This document shows positions 25,982 to 38,800 of a DNA stretch of 64,000 bases, piece after piece. Both the position numbers and the translations under genes were made by a program. The stretch covers positions 65,835 through 129,834 of the forward strand of contig NIVC01002921.1 in assembly GCA_002269645.1 (NCBI GenBank), in the 5' to 3' direction. The notes below the pieces were generated by a model. The model did no database searches. It worked only from the letters and a program-made list of their open reading frames with translations, and was not told the DNA's origin. Within the stretch, counting starts at the first letter, position 1. Each line of letters opens with the position of its first letter. Origin of the DNA: Macrostomum lignano. Lineage: Eukaryota.

Positions 25982-26926
25982 ATGATGCACTGCTCAGCTC
26001 TGCTCGTCTCCTTGCTGCTCCTGGCCGCTGTGGCAGCCCAGCCTGGCGGCAGGAAGCACGAGGAGCAAGCCTGCCTCTCCGTGCGCGCCATCGCCCTACC
26101 CCGGTTCATCGGCGGCCGGAAGGACAACGTGGCGTTCTACGTGAAAAGTCTGCAGTCCGACGGCAGCTGCCAGTTCACTTTGATGTCGCCGACAGCCAAG
26201 TATCTAGTTGAACTGGACGAATCCAAGTGAGTAGGCTGGCGTGTTGGTTGGGGGATTTTGGGAGCTTGAATCAATAATAAAGTACATGTACATATAGATG
26301 TGCGAGACTATAAAATTATGAGGTAAATAGCCAGGAATGAGGTTGATAGACAAATGCTAGACAGAGAAATGAGGTTATGCAGACAGACAAGTGAGGTAGA
26401 CAGACAGAAGTGGAGGTAGATAGACAAAAGTGAGTTAGATAGACAGAAGTGAGGTAGACAGACTGAAGTGGAGGTAGATTGACAGAAGTGAGGTAGATTG
26501 ACAGAAGTGAGGTAGATAGACAGAAGTGAAGTAGGTAGATAGAGAAGTGAGGTAGATAGAGAAGTGAGGTAGATAGAGAAGTGAGGTAGATAGAGAAGTG
26601 AGGTAGACAGAGAAATGAGGTAGTTAGATAGAAAAGTGGAGGTAGACAGACAGATAAGTGAGGTAGCTAGACAAATAAGTGAGACAGCTAGACAGAAGTG
26701 TAGGTAGACAGACAGTAAGCTAACACTGCTCAGCACTGCTCATCCGCCATCCGGACACAGGAGGCACCCTGCCGTCTGCCGCCGCTGCAAAACGCAAGGC
26801 AACGGGGAAAGCTGTTCGCCCGTGGTTCCTGAGCAGCCGGCGGCCGAGGGCTGCGCCTACAAGCTGAGCAACTTCTGTGAGCTGGTCAGCGTCAAGTCCA
26901 ACGACCAGTCCAAGGCCTGTCCTTGA
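25982..26926 (+). CDS. Secreted 8-cysteine protein, paralogue 2 (136 aa, 2 exons), family unknown
   Basis: Exons 25982-26226 and 26761-26926 (AA|GTGAGT..ACAG|G, phase 2). The spliced C-terminus KRHPAVCRRCKTQGNGESCSPVVPEQPAAEGCAYKLSNFCELVSVKSNDQSKACP* aligns to paralogue 1. AATAAA at 27006. Confidence 0.87.
26330..26720. repeat. GA-rich repeat of about 19-20 nt (GAGGTAGACAGACAGAAGT) in the intron of paralogue 2
   Basis: Direct inspection. Confidence 0.88.
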
Positions 26927-27127
26927 GGCAGCTGGTGGAGGCCTTTTGTACTGAACCGGTTGACTTGTGTGGGGACCTGAGGGAACTGAGGGATCTTTGA
27001 GGCGCAATAAAAGTCAATCGAAGCAAAACCGACCCGAATTTCTTGTTCTGCTTACATGGGCTTCATAAAACTCGAAATGATATCCGAGCTTGCATTTGTA
27101 GTTGATTTTACATATCGCTGCCTCAGT

Positions 27128-30100
27128 TGCCAACTCATGAAAGACACAGCTGCCACCTCATGAAAGACACAGCTGCCAACTCATCAAAGACACAGCTGCC
27201 AACTCATGAAAGACACAGCTGCCAACTCATGAGAGACACAGCTGCCAACTCATGAGAGACACAGCTGCAAACTCATGAGAGACACAGCTGCCAACTCATG
27301 AAAGACACAGCTGCCAACTCATCAAAGACACAGCTGCCAACTCATGAAAGACACAGCTGCAAACTCATGAAAGACACAGCTGCCAACTCATCAAAGACAC
27401 AGCTGCCAACTCATGAAAGACACAGCTGCCAACTCATGAAAGACACAGCTGCAAACTCATGAAAGACACAGCTGCCAACTCATCAAAGACACAGCTGCCA
27501 ACTCATGAAAGACACAGCTGCCAACTCATGAAAGACACAGCTGCCAACTCATGAAAGACACAGCTGCAAACTCATAAGAGACACAGCTGCCAACTCATGA
27601 AAGACACAGCTGCCAACTCATGAAAGACACAGCTGCCAACTCATGAAAGACACAGCTGCCACCTCATGAAAGACACAGCTGCAAACTCATGAGAGACACA
27701 GCTGCCAACTCATGAGAGACACAGCTGCCAACTCATGAAAGACACAGCTGCAAACTCATGAGAGACACAGCTGCCAACTCATGAGAGACACAGCTGCCAC
27801 CTCATGAAAGACACAGCTGCCACCTCATGAAAGACACAGCTGCCACCTCATGAAAGACACAGCTGCCAACTCATGAAAGACACAGCTGCCAACTCATGAA
27901 AGACACAGCTGCCAACTCATCAAAGACACAGCTGCCAACTCATGAAAGACACAGCTGCCAACTCATGAAAGACACAGCTGCCAACTCATGAAAGACACAG
28001 CTGCCAACTCATGAGAGACACAGCTGCAAACTCATGAGAGACACAGCTGCCAACTCATGAGAGACACAGCTGCAAACTCATGAGAGACACAGCTGCCAAC
28101 TCATGAGAGACACAGCTGCCAACTCATGAAAGACACAGCTGCCAACTCATGAAAGACACAGCTGCCAACTCATCAAAGACACAGCTGCCAACTCATGAGA
28201 GACACAGCTGCCAACTCATGAAAGACACAGCTGCCAACTCATGAAAGACACAGCTGCCAACTCATCAAAGACACAGCTGCCAACTCATGAAAGACACAGC
28301 TGCAAACTCATGAGAGACACAGCTGCAAACTCATGAAAGACACAGCTGCCAACTCATGAAAGACACAGCTGCCAACTCATGAAAGACACAGCTGCCAACT
28401 CATGAAAGACACAGCTGCCAACTCATGAAAGACACAGCTGCAAACTCATGAGAGACACAGCTGCCAACTCATGAAAGACACTGCTGCCAACTCATGAGAG
28501 ACACAGCTGCCAACTCATGAGAGACACAGCTGCCAACTCATGAGAGACACAGCTGCCAACTCATGAAAGACACAGCTGCCAACTCATGAAAGACACAGCT
28601 GCCAACTCATGAAAGACACAGCTGCCAACTCATGAAAGACACAGCTGCCAACTCATGAAAGACACAGCTGCCAACTCATCAAAGACACAGCTGCCAACTC
28701 ATGAAAGACACAGCTGCAACTCATGAGAGACACAGCTGCCAACTCATGAAAGACACAGCTGCCAACTCATGAAAGACACAGCTGCCAACTCATGAAAGAC
28801 ACAGCTGCCAACTCATGAGAGACACAGCTGCCAACTCATGAAAGACACAGCTGCAAACTCATGAGAGACACAGCTGCCAACTCATGAGAGACACAGCTGC
28901 CAACTCATGAGAGACACAGCTGCAAACTCATGAGAGACACAGCTGCCAACTCATGAGAGACACAGCTGCCAACTCATGAAAGACACAGCTGCCAACTCAT
29001 GAAAGACACAGCTGCCAACTCATCAAAGACACAGCTGCCAACTCATGAAAGACACAGCTGCCAACTCATCAAAGACACAGCTGCCAACTCATGAAAGACA
29101 CAGCTGCCAACTCATAAGAGACACAGCTGCCAACTCATGAAAGACACAGCTGCCAACTCATGAAAGACACTGCTGCCAACTCATGAGAGACACAGCTGCA
29201 AACTCATGAGAGACACAGCTGCCAACTCATGAGAGACACAGCTGCCAACTCATGAAAGACACAGCTGCCAACTCATGAAAGACACAGCTGCCAACTCATC
29301 AAAGACACAGCTGCCAACTCATGAAAGACACAGCTGCCAACTCATGAAAGACACAGCTGCAAACTCATGAGAGACACAGCTGCCAACTCATGAAAGACAC
29401 AGCTGCAAACTCATGAAAGACACAGCTGCCAACTCATGAGAGACACAGCTGCCAACTCATGAAAGACACAGCTGCCAACTCATGAAAGACACAGCTGCCA
29501 ACTCATCAAAGACACAGCTGCCAACTCATGAGAGACACAGCTGCCAACTCATGAGAGACACAGCTGCCAACTCATGAGAGACACAGCTGCCAACTCATGA
29601 AAGACACAGCTGCCAACTCATGAAAGACACAGCTGCAAACTCATGAAAGACACAGCTGCCAACTCATCAAAGACACAGCTGCCAACTCATGAAAGACACA
29701 GCTGCAAACTCATAAGAGACACAGCTGCCAACTCATGAAAGACACAGCTGCCAACTCATGAAAGACACAGCTGCCAACTCATGAGAGACACAGCTGCAAA
29801 CTCATGAGAGACACAGCTGCCAACTCATGAGAGACACAGCTGCCAACTCATCAAAGACACAGCTGCCAACTCATCAAAGACACAGCTGCCAACTCATCAA
29901 AGACACAGCTGCCAACTCATGAAAGACACAGCTGCAAACTCATAAGAGACACAGCTGCCAACTCATGAAAGACACTGCTGCCAACTCATGAGAGACACAG
30001 CTGCAAACTCATGAGAGACACAGCTGCCAACTCATGAGAGACACAGCTGCCAACTCATGAAAGACACAGCTGCCAACTCATGAAAGACACAGCTGCCAAC

Positions 30101-33100
30101 TCATGAAAGACACAGCTGCCAACTCATGAAAGACACAGCTGCCAACTCATGAAAGACACAGCTGCCAACTCATCAAAGACACAGCTGCCAACTCATGAAA
30201 GACACAGCTGCAAACTCATGAGAGACACAGCTGCCAACTCATGAAAGACACAGCTGCCAACTCATGAAAGACACAGCTGCCAACTCATGAAAGACACAGC
30301 TGCCAACTCATGAGAGACACAGCTGCCAACTCATGAAAGACACAGCTGCAAACTCATGAGAGACACAGCTGCAAACTCATGAGAGACACAGCTGCCAACT
30401 CATGAGAGACACAGCTGCAAACTCATGAGAGACACAGCTGCCAACTCATGAGAGACACAGCTGCCAACTCATGAAAGACACAGCTGCCAACTCATGAAAG
30501 ACACAGCTGCCAACTCATCAAAGACACAGCTGCCAACTCATGAAAGACACAGCTGCCAACTCATCAAAGACACAGCTGCCAACTCATGAAAGACACAGCT
30601 GCCAACTCATGAGAGACACAGCTGCCAACTCATGAAAGACACAGCTGCCAACTCATGAAAGACACTGCTGCCAACTCATGAGAGACACAGCTGCAAACTC
30701 ATGAGAGACACAGCTGCCAACTCATGAGAGACACAGCTGCCAACTCATGAAAGACACAGCTGCCAACTCATGAAAGACACAGCTGCCAACTCATCAAAGA
30801 CACAGCTGCCAACTCATGAAAGACACAGCTGCCAACTCATGAAAGACACAGCTGCAAACTCATGAGAGACACAGCTGCCAACTCATGAAAGACACAGCTG
30901 CAAACTCATGAAAGACACAGCTGCCAACTCATGAGAGACACAGCTGCCAACTCATGAAAGACACAGCTGCCAACTCATGAAAGACACAGCTGCCAACTCA
31001 TCAAAGACACAGCTGCCAACTCATGAGAGACACAGCTGCCACCTCATGAGAGACACAGCTGCCAACTCATGAGAGACACAGCTGCCAACTCATGAAAGAC
31101 ACAGCTGCCAACTCATGAAAGACACAGCTGCAAACTCATGAAAGACACAGCTGCCAACTCATCAAAGACACAGCTGCCAACTCATGAAAGACACAGCTGC
31201 AAACTCATAAGAGACACAGCTGCCAACTCATGAAAGACACAGCTGCCAACTCATGAAAGACACAGCTGCCAACTCATGAGAGACACAGCTGCAAACTCAT
31301 GAGAGACACAGCTGCCAACTCATGAGAGACACAGCTGCCAACTCATGAAAGACACAGCTGCCAACTCATGAAAGACACAGCTGCCAACTCATGAAAGACA
31401 CAGCTGCCAACTCATGAAAGACACAGCTGCCAACTCATGAGAGACACAGCTGCAAACTCATGAGAGACACAGCTGCCAACTCATGAGAGACACAGCTGCC
31501 AACTCATGAAAGACACAGCTGCCAACTCATGAAAGACACAGCTGCAAACTCATGAAAGACACAGCTGCCAACTCATCAAAGACACAGCTGCCAACTCATG
31601 AAAGACACAGCTGCAAACTCATAAGAGACACAGCTGCCAACTCATGAAAGACACAGCTGCCACCTCATGAAAGACACAGCTGCCAACTCATGAAAGACAC
31701 AGCTGCCACCTCATGAAAGACACAGCTGCCAACTCATGAAAGACACAGCTGCCAACTCATCAAAGACACAGCTGCCAACTCATGAAAGACACAGCTGCCA
31801 ACTCATGAAAGACACAGCTGCCAACTCATGAAAGACACAGCTGCAAACTCATGAGAGACACAGCTGCCAACTCATGAAAGACACAGCTGCCAACTCATGA
31901 GAGACACAGCTGCCAACTCATGAAAGACACAGCTGCCAACTCATCAAAGACACAGCTGCCAACTCATCAAAGACACAGCTGCCAACTCATCAAAGACACA
32001 GCTGCCAACTCATGAAAGACACAGCTGCAAACTCATGAGAGACACAGCTGCCAACTCATGAAAGACACAGCTGCCAACTCATGAAAGACACAGCTGCCAA
32101 CTCATGAAAGACACAGCTGCCAACTCATGAGAGACACAGCTGCCAACTCATGAAAGACACAGCTGCAAACTCATGAGAGACACAGCTGCCAACTCATGAG
32201 AGACACAGCTGCCAACTCATGAGAGACGCAGCTGCCAACTCATGAGAGACACAGCTGCCAACTCATGAGAGACACAGCTGCCAACTCATGAAAGACACAG
32301 CTGCCAACTCATGAAAGACACAGCTGCCAACTCATGAAAGACACAGCTGCAAACTCATGAGAGACACAGCTGCCAACTCATGAAAGACACAGCTGCAAAC
32401 TCATAAGAGACACAGCTGCCAACTCATGAAAGACACAGCTGCAAACTCATGAAAGACACAGCTGCCAACTCATCAAAGACACAGCTGCCAACTCATGAAA
32501 GACACAGCTGCAAACTCATGAGAGACACAGCTGCCAACTCATGAAAGACACAGCTGCAAACTCATAAGAGACACAGCTGCCAACTCATGAGAGACACAGC
32601 TGCCAACTCATGAAAGACACAGCTGCCAACTCATGAAAGACACAGCTGCCACCTCATGAAAGACACAGCTGCAAACTCATGAGAGACACAGCTGCCAACT
32701 CATGAGAGACACAGCTGCCAACTCATGAAAGACACAGCTGCAAACTCATGAGAGACACAGCTGCCAACTCATGAGAGACACAGCTGCCACCTCATGAAAG
32801 ACACAGCTGCCACCTCATGAAAGACACAGCTGCCACCTCATGAAAGACACAGCTGCCAACTCATGAAAGACACAGCTGCCACCTCATGAAAGACACAGCT
32901 GCCAACTCATGAAAGACACAGCTGCCAACTCATGAAAGACACAGCTGCCAACTCATGAAAGACACAGCTGCAAACTCATGAGAGACACAGCTGCCAACTC
33001 ATGAAAGACACAGCTGCCAACTCATGAAAGACACAGCTGCCAACTCATGAAAGACACAGCTGCCAACTCATGAAAGACACAGCTGCCAACTCATGAAAGA

Positions 33101-33110
33101 CACAGCTGCC
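27128..33110. repeat. 23-nt satellite (GACACAGCTGCCAACTCATGAAA)n, about 6 kb, about 260 copies
   Basis: Period 23 (27143 to 27166); variation is mostly confined to four positions. Confidence 0.98.
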
Positions 33111-34809
33111 GTAGGATTACTTAGCATCTTTATTTTAAAAACTATATGGTAAAGTTTTATAATTACAACTTGCGGTACGATCTACTAACGAACGTAAAAC
33201 GCATAGTAGTATCACTAGTATTTTATTTAGCAACTGCCAGTTTCAGCACTTAGGCAATACTTGAAAACCCAAATCCCACGCATCCTTATTAGTTAGCAGG
33301 TGTTGGAGCTGTCGCTCTGCCTACAGCACAAGGAAGCAACAAAGAAGATTCTCAAGATGCTCAGGAGAAGAAATTGCAAAGGCCTGTGTGCCTCCGACAT
33401 CAGCCACTCCCGGTTTGTTTGCATTGAGCAGTTCGGGCCGGAGCTAAAGACAGTTGAGCTCAGTCGTGCTCCAGCTCAGTGCCTGTCGTATGCCCCCCCC
33501 CCAATTTCATTTGTTCCACTTCTTTGCCTGCTCCTCATCCTCCTTGTCTCAGTGGGGGGGGGGTACCTGCCACACTCACGTGGGCCCGCGTGTGCGCACG
33601 ACTTTCTCCTTCGCAATGCTTCACTACAAAAGCGCGCTTAATTGCCTCAGAGGAGGCGGCGGCATCGCAGCCTCTCTCCTTGCTTCACCTGAGTCTGCTT
33701 TTTTATTCCGTCGTCCTTTTTTTCCTCCAGCACTCCTCTGTCGACTTTTACTCTGCAATAATTCTTGGCTGGTAGCCATGGCAGTTGATGAAGCACAGGT
33801 CGGAAGCTGCATGGTTAAGGCGGAGCTGGGGACTCGGGATCGGAAACGATATTGAAATGATTTAAAATCTGGGAATTTCACCTGCGCTGCCGCTGGAGGA
33901 GGCTGCATGGGGCGGGACTGGTTTTTTTCTACAGCAGATGACGGAGTGGCTGAGACGCTGCAAGCGGGGAACAGCTGCCAGCCCCCTACGGCGATAACAA
34001 AGGCAGCTCCTTCCAGCACGACTCGCCTCAGTGACAGGAGAAGCGCTTTGAGGCTGGGAGGCTGGGGATGGCGGGAGCGGGGGCTGCAGCAGCTCAAGTG
34101 TGTTACCGGGGCTCCTGCGCCAGCCTTGCTGTGCCTGCATCTGTCAGGGAATGCTCTGGAACAGAAACTGCTGCTGCTGCTGCAACGAGGGTCTCGCTTC
34201 CCTGCTGCATGCTCCTCTCTCTTCAAGTGCACTCGCGATTTTTTGCCGACGCCTGCTGACTGGCAGCTCGATGGGATTACAAAAACAAGCCTGACGCCTC
34301 CATGGCCCGATCCCATGCGGGGAAATTTTCCTAATCCAGCGTTTGAGAAGGCGTTGAGTCGGGGCGGGACCTGACAATGCCAGGAGCATTGGACTGGATT
34401 GTGAAATACTAGATTGCAATACTATCAGCAACCTTATAACCGCTGGCTGCTAGCAGTGCAATTGATTATGGGATTTAGCATGTACGACTGATGCTCAGGT
34501 CGGGCAGCGGTGCCAGCATGCACATATATTATCCGCTATCAGACTGCCGCGGCGTCTCTGCTGCTGCCTGACGGCTGACTCGGGAAATGCGACACCCCGG
34601 CTTTGAGATGCCGCCAGCCCTCCTTCCCAATGCCTGCTAATCCGATTTTTGAACCATTTTTTCTCAACTTGAATTTTAAACCCTCTTCTCCCTCAGAGAA
34701 GCAACAATTCTCTCTCAGATTTCTAATTGAATTTTCTGTGTGCCCTCCCTTTCCCTGCTCTCCTGTTTCACCTAGGCTGACTAATGACTGTGGCAAGCTT
34801 ATATGTATA

Positions 34810-35135
34810 TATATGTGTTATAGTGCTTATAATGCAGCCGGCAAATTTGGCGCCAATTCAAAATTGACTAACACAAATTGGCACAGCAACCGACAGCTCA
34901 GCCGCAGCTATTGCGCGGCGCATCTGAAGGCTGCGTACGGCTGTTCAGTCCAAGGACTGCATGGGGTCGCCGAACACAGCCTCAGTTACCCCAGCTAATG
35001 CTGGCAACCATTTTACAGCAATGCAGAGTTAAGTGTCTTGCTCAAGGACACAAATTGTTTCGAGTGGGTCGAGAATCGAACCCACGACCGCTCGTAAAAG
35101 TACACGCTTGGAGATCGGGAACTCTGTCTAAGTAG
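34810..35135 (-). mobile_element. Probable tRNA-derived SINE with CORE-like segment
   Basis: Minus strand shows B-box GGGTTCGATTCTC (about 35071-35083) followed by GTGTCCTTGAGCAAGACACTTAACTCT (about 35025-35051), which resembles the MIR/CORE motif GTGACCTTGGGCAAGTCACTTAACCTCT. It ends in an AT-rich tail. Boundaries approximate. Confidence 0.6.
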
Positions 35136-35489
35136 ATATAGATAAGGAACAGTGCCCGTCGCTTTGCAAAGTCACGTGACGCAGTGAATTGCGTCACTGT
35201 GAAGCCAGCGAGATTGACGAAACAAGTCCGCTCTCTGTGTTTTTTATAATTATAACTTTAAGCGAAAATTTAATAAATTTTTACTTTACTTAAATCAGAA
35301 AGCGAAACATCATCCGAGACAATTGGACTGGGCACCAAACAAACAAATAACTTGTTGACTTTTCTGATTGATTGACAGCATCACTGAACTGGACGGATCA
35401 CAGATGCACAGGAGAGTTTTTAAGTACAATCAATACTCTCATTGTTAGTTGAGCTGATGACGGCACTTTAAAATTATTAGTAGCCTACC

Positions 35490-35690
35490 TGACCTCCCCA
35501 GTCTCCCTGACCTCCCTGACCTCCTTGACCTCCTTGACCTCCCCGGACTCCCTGACCTTCCTGACCGATCCCTGACCTTCCTGACCTCCCTGACCTCCTC
35601 GACCTCCCTGACCTTCCTTGACCTCCTTGACCTCCCTGACCTCCTTGACCTCCTTGACCTCTCTGATCTCCCTAACCTCCTAACCTCCCG
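35490..35690. repeat. 9-nt repeat (TCCYTGACC)n
   Basis: Direct inspection. Confidence 0.85.
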
Positions 35691-35822
35691 GACAATATCC
35701 TCACTTGTTCTCGACTCCTGCCTACTCTGCGATCTAAGACACTGATTAGAATAATCTTAATAGGTAAAAAACATGTTTACAACTTGCAAGCTAAGAATAA
35801 ATACGGAAATGAAACTGTGTGT

Positions 35823-38800
35823 TCAAGACAGCTGGTTTCCAAGAAACTGAGAATTAAGAGCCAGCAGAAGCTGTTGCTGCTGCTGCTGCTGCTGCTGTTG
35901 CTGCTGCTGTTGCTGCGCCAAGGTGGCCAGACTCAGCAGCTGGAGCTGGTGCTGATGCAGGTGCAGATGCTGGTGCTGCTGCAACTGCTGGTGCTGGTGA
36001 AATCCGCCAGGCGGTCGCCTCCTGGAGTAGGGCGCCAGCCGGTGCTGGTGGTGGTTGTGGTGGTCCTCGCAGCCGGGCGATCCGTTGCACCTGGTCGATG
36101 ACGGGTTGTCAAAGGCGGCCTTGTCCTGACGCACTCGGTCAAGCATGCCCAGCAGCTTCTTGATGGCGCCCTGGGTGAACTGCTCCGCCTCCAGGTCGGC
36201 TCGGTCCAGATTCAGCAGTCTGTCGAAGCTGTACTTCTTCAGCCTGTCGTGGTACTTGTGCATCCGGTGTGCCTTCAGCCAGGTGAGCAGCTTGGCGCTG
36301 TACTCTGAGCTGCAAAGGTGAGGGAAAGACATGGCGATGTGATAAGCATTGCTTTCTGCATTGATGAGACTGCAAGCGCCAGAAAGGAGCAGGTTAGGCG
36401 CTAGAAGAGAACAGGTGAGGCGCTAGAAGGGAACAGGTGAGGCGCTAGAAGGGAACAGGTGAGGCGCTAGAAGAGAACAGGTGAGGTGCTAGAAGGGAAC
36501 AGTTGAGGTGCTAGAAGGGAACAGGTGAGGAGCTAGAAGAGAACAGGTGAGGCGCTAGAAGAGAACAGGTGAGGTGCTAGAAGGGAACAGTTGAGGTGCT
36601 AGAAGGGAACAGGTGAGGAGCTAGAAGAGAACAGGTGAGGCGCTAGAAGAGAACAGGTGAGGCGCTAGAAGAGAACAGGTGAGGCGCTAGAAGAGAACAG
36701 GTGAGGCGCTAGAAGAGAACAGGTGAGGCGCTAGAAGAGAACAGGTGAGGCGCTAGAAGAGAACAGGTGAGGTGCTAGAAGGGAACAGGTGAGGTGCTAG
36801 AAGAGAACAGGTGAGGCGCTAGAAGGGAACAGGTGAGGTGCTAGAAGGGAACAGGTGAGGTGCTAGAAGAGAACAGGTGAGGCGCTAGAAGGGAACAGGT
36901 GAGGTGCTAGAAGGGAACAGGTGAGGTGCTAGAAGAGAACAGGTGAGGCGCTAGAAGAGAACAGGTGAGGCGCTAGAAGGGAACAGGTGAGGCGCTAGAA
37001 GAGAACAGGTGAGGCGCTAGAAGAGAACAGGTGAGGCGCTAGAAGAGAACAGGTGAGGCGCTAGAAGAGAACAGGTGAGGAGCTAGAAGAGAACAGTTAA
37101 TATCGCAGCGAACTCACCCGCCTCTCTGACTTCCATTGTGTTCAATGGGCAGCTTTGCTGCTGCCTGAAGCGGTTTGGCGACCTGCTGTGGCTGCGACTT
37201 CAAAGTTTGCGGCTGAATCTGATGCGGCAGCGGCTGCGGCAGAATTCCCAGGCCTTGGCGAATTGAGAGCAGAAAGTCCGATCCAGATTGCAAACTTTGA
37301 GATTTTCATGACTCAGTTGCTTCATTAATAACAGCAGCAGCATTGATAACAGTCCCTGCCGTCAGATTTCAGCCATGGACAACTTTTTAAAGAAAAAACT
37401 TGAAAGTCACTCCGAATCTACCAGACTCCCAGCGAAAGTCACTCCTAATCCCCCTGAAAGTCACTCCCAGCACCCCAGAAAGTTAATCCAAAGACCACCG
37501 AGAGTTACTCCCAATCCCCCAGAAAGTCACTCCCAACGTCTCGAAAGTCACTCTCAAGCTCCCAGAAAGTCACTCCCAACCTACCGAAAAGTCACTCTCA
37601 GCACCTCGGAAAGTCACGGATGGAATGTCACTCCTAGCACCCCAGAATGTCACTCTCAGTCGCCCGTAAATTCGTAAATTCACTCTCAATCTCCCAGGAA
37701 GTTACTCCTAACTCTCCGGAAAGTCACTTAGCACTCAAGAAAGTGATTATCTACTCAAGAAAGTCACTCCCAAGTCCCAGCCGCCGAGCCCAGGTTGCGA
37801 CTGTCCGGCAGTTAGCATGGTCTCGGACGCCCCCAGACCCGAGAGGGGCTTCGTGCTAAACAAGCAATTATTTCCAACGCAGGGCAGACTCGGAGCAACA
37901 GTGGGAGGCTTTTGTCAATTACGGCTGCCAAAGGGGAGACAAAAGAAGGGAGGCCTCAGTTCGGGGGATGAGGACGGGGCTGGGGGTTCGTTTCTCGGGT
38001 TGCCGTGTTTCCCAGCCGGTGTAATTAACGAGTGGGAGCCCTCTGAGTCTGGGCTGAGCTCTGCAGGCGACTGACCCAACTCAATCTGGGAGGCTGGCGA
38101 GCAGCTTCATCCAATCTCACTCTTCCCGCCCTCTCGCTGCCTCACTCAGCTGTCGGACTCCCATTTCGTGTGTTCCACTTTCTACTTTTTTCTCCCCCCT
38201 TCTTACAGAGCAGTTTGCCCTAATGAGCCGCTGGGAGGTTGGACTGGGGAGGATGGCGTGAGGCCGGGGGGGGAGCCGAGCCGGGAACTCCAAGGTCTGC
38301 TCTTCTGCTTCCGGGTGAAAGCAAACGGAGGCAACGCTTAAATGTTCTTCTATCTGTTCTTGCATCAATGTTATATCGATATATTTTTATACCGACTTTT
38401 ATTAGGGTGCTGAAGGTGCCGCACTCAAGTGCCGGGGGTTCGATTCCCGCATGGGTGTGCTCACACACTCGCAATCTCTGAGGGTGAGCAACTCACCTTC
38501 AGGAGTCAGCGGAATGGAGCTGCGGCAGCGCCCAGAACCCCCCCCCTGCCGACTGACTAATTTATGTAATGTAACTAATTTATACTGACATTCTAAATGT
38601 CACCATCCGTTCGCACACCTGAGACTTTCTGGAAAATCACTCATACCAGATTAAAATTAAGGTAACTCCTCAAAACAGACTGTCGATAGCAGGTTAATAA
38701 AGTCACTCAAGAGCACCAGAGAGCCACTCCCAGCACACCAGAAAGTCACACCCAGCACCCCAGAGAGCCACTCCCAGCACACCAGAAAGTCACTCCCAGC

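Noticed and set aside
38402-38455. tRNA gene (B-box GGTTCGATTCCC)
   Set aside because: No acceptor stem or cloverleaf could be formed; at most a SINE head fragment in an intron.
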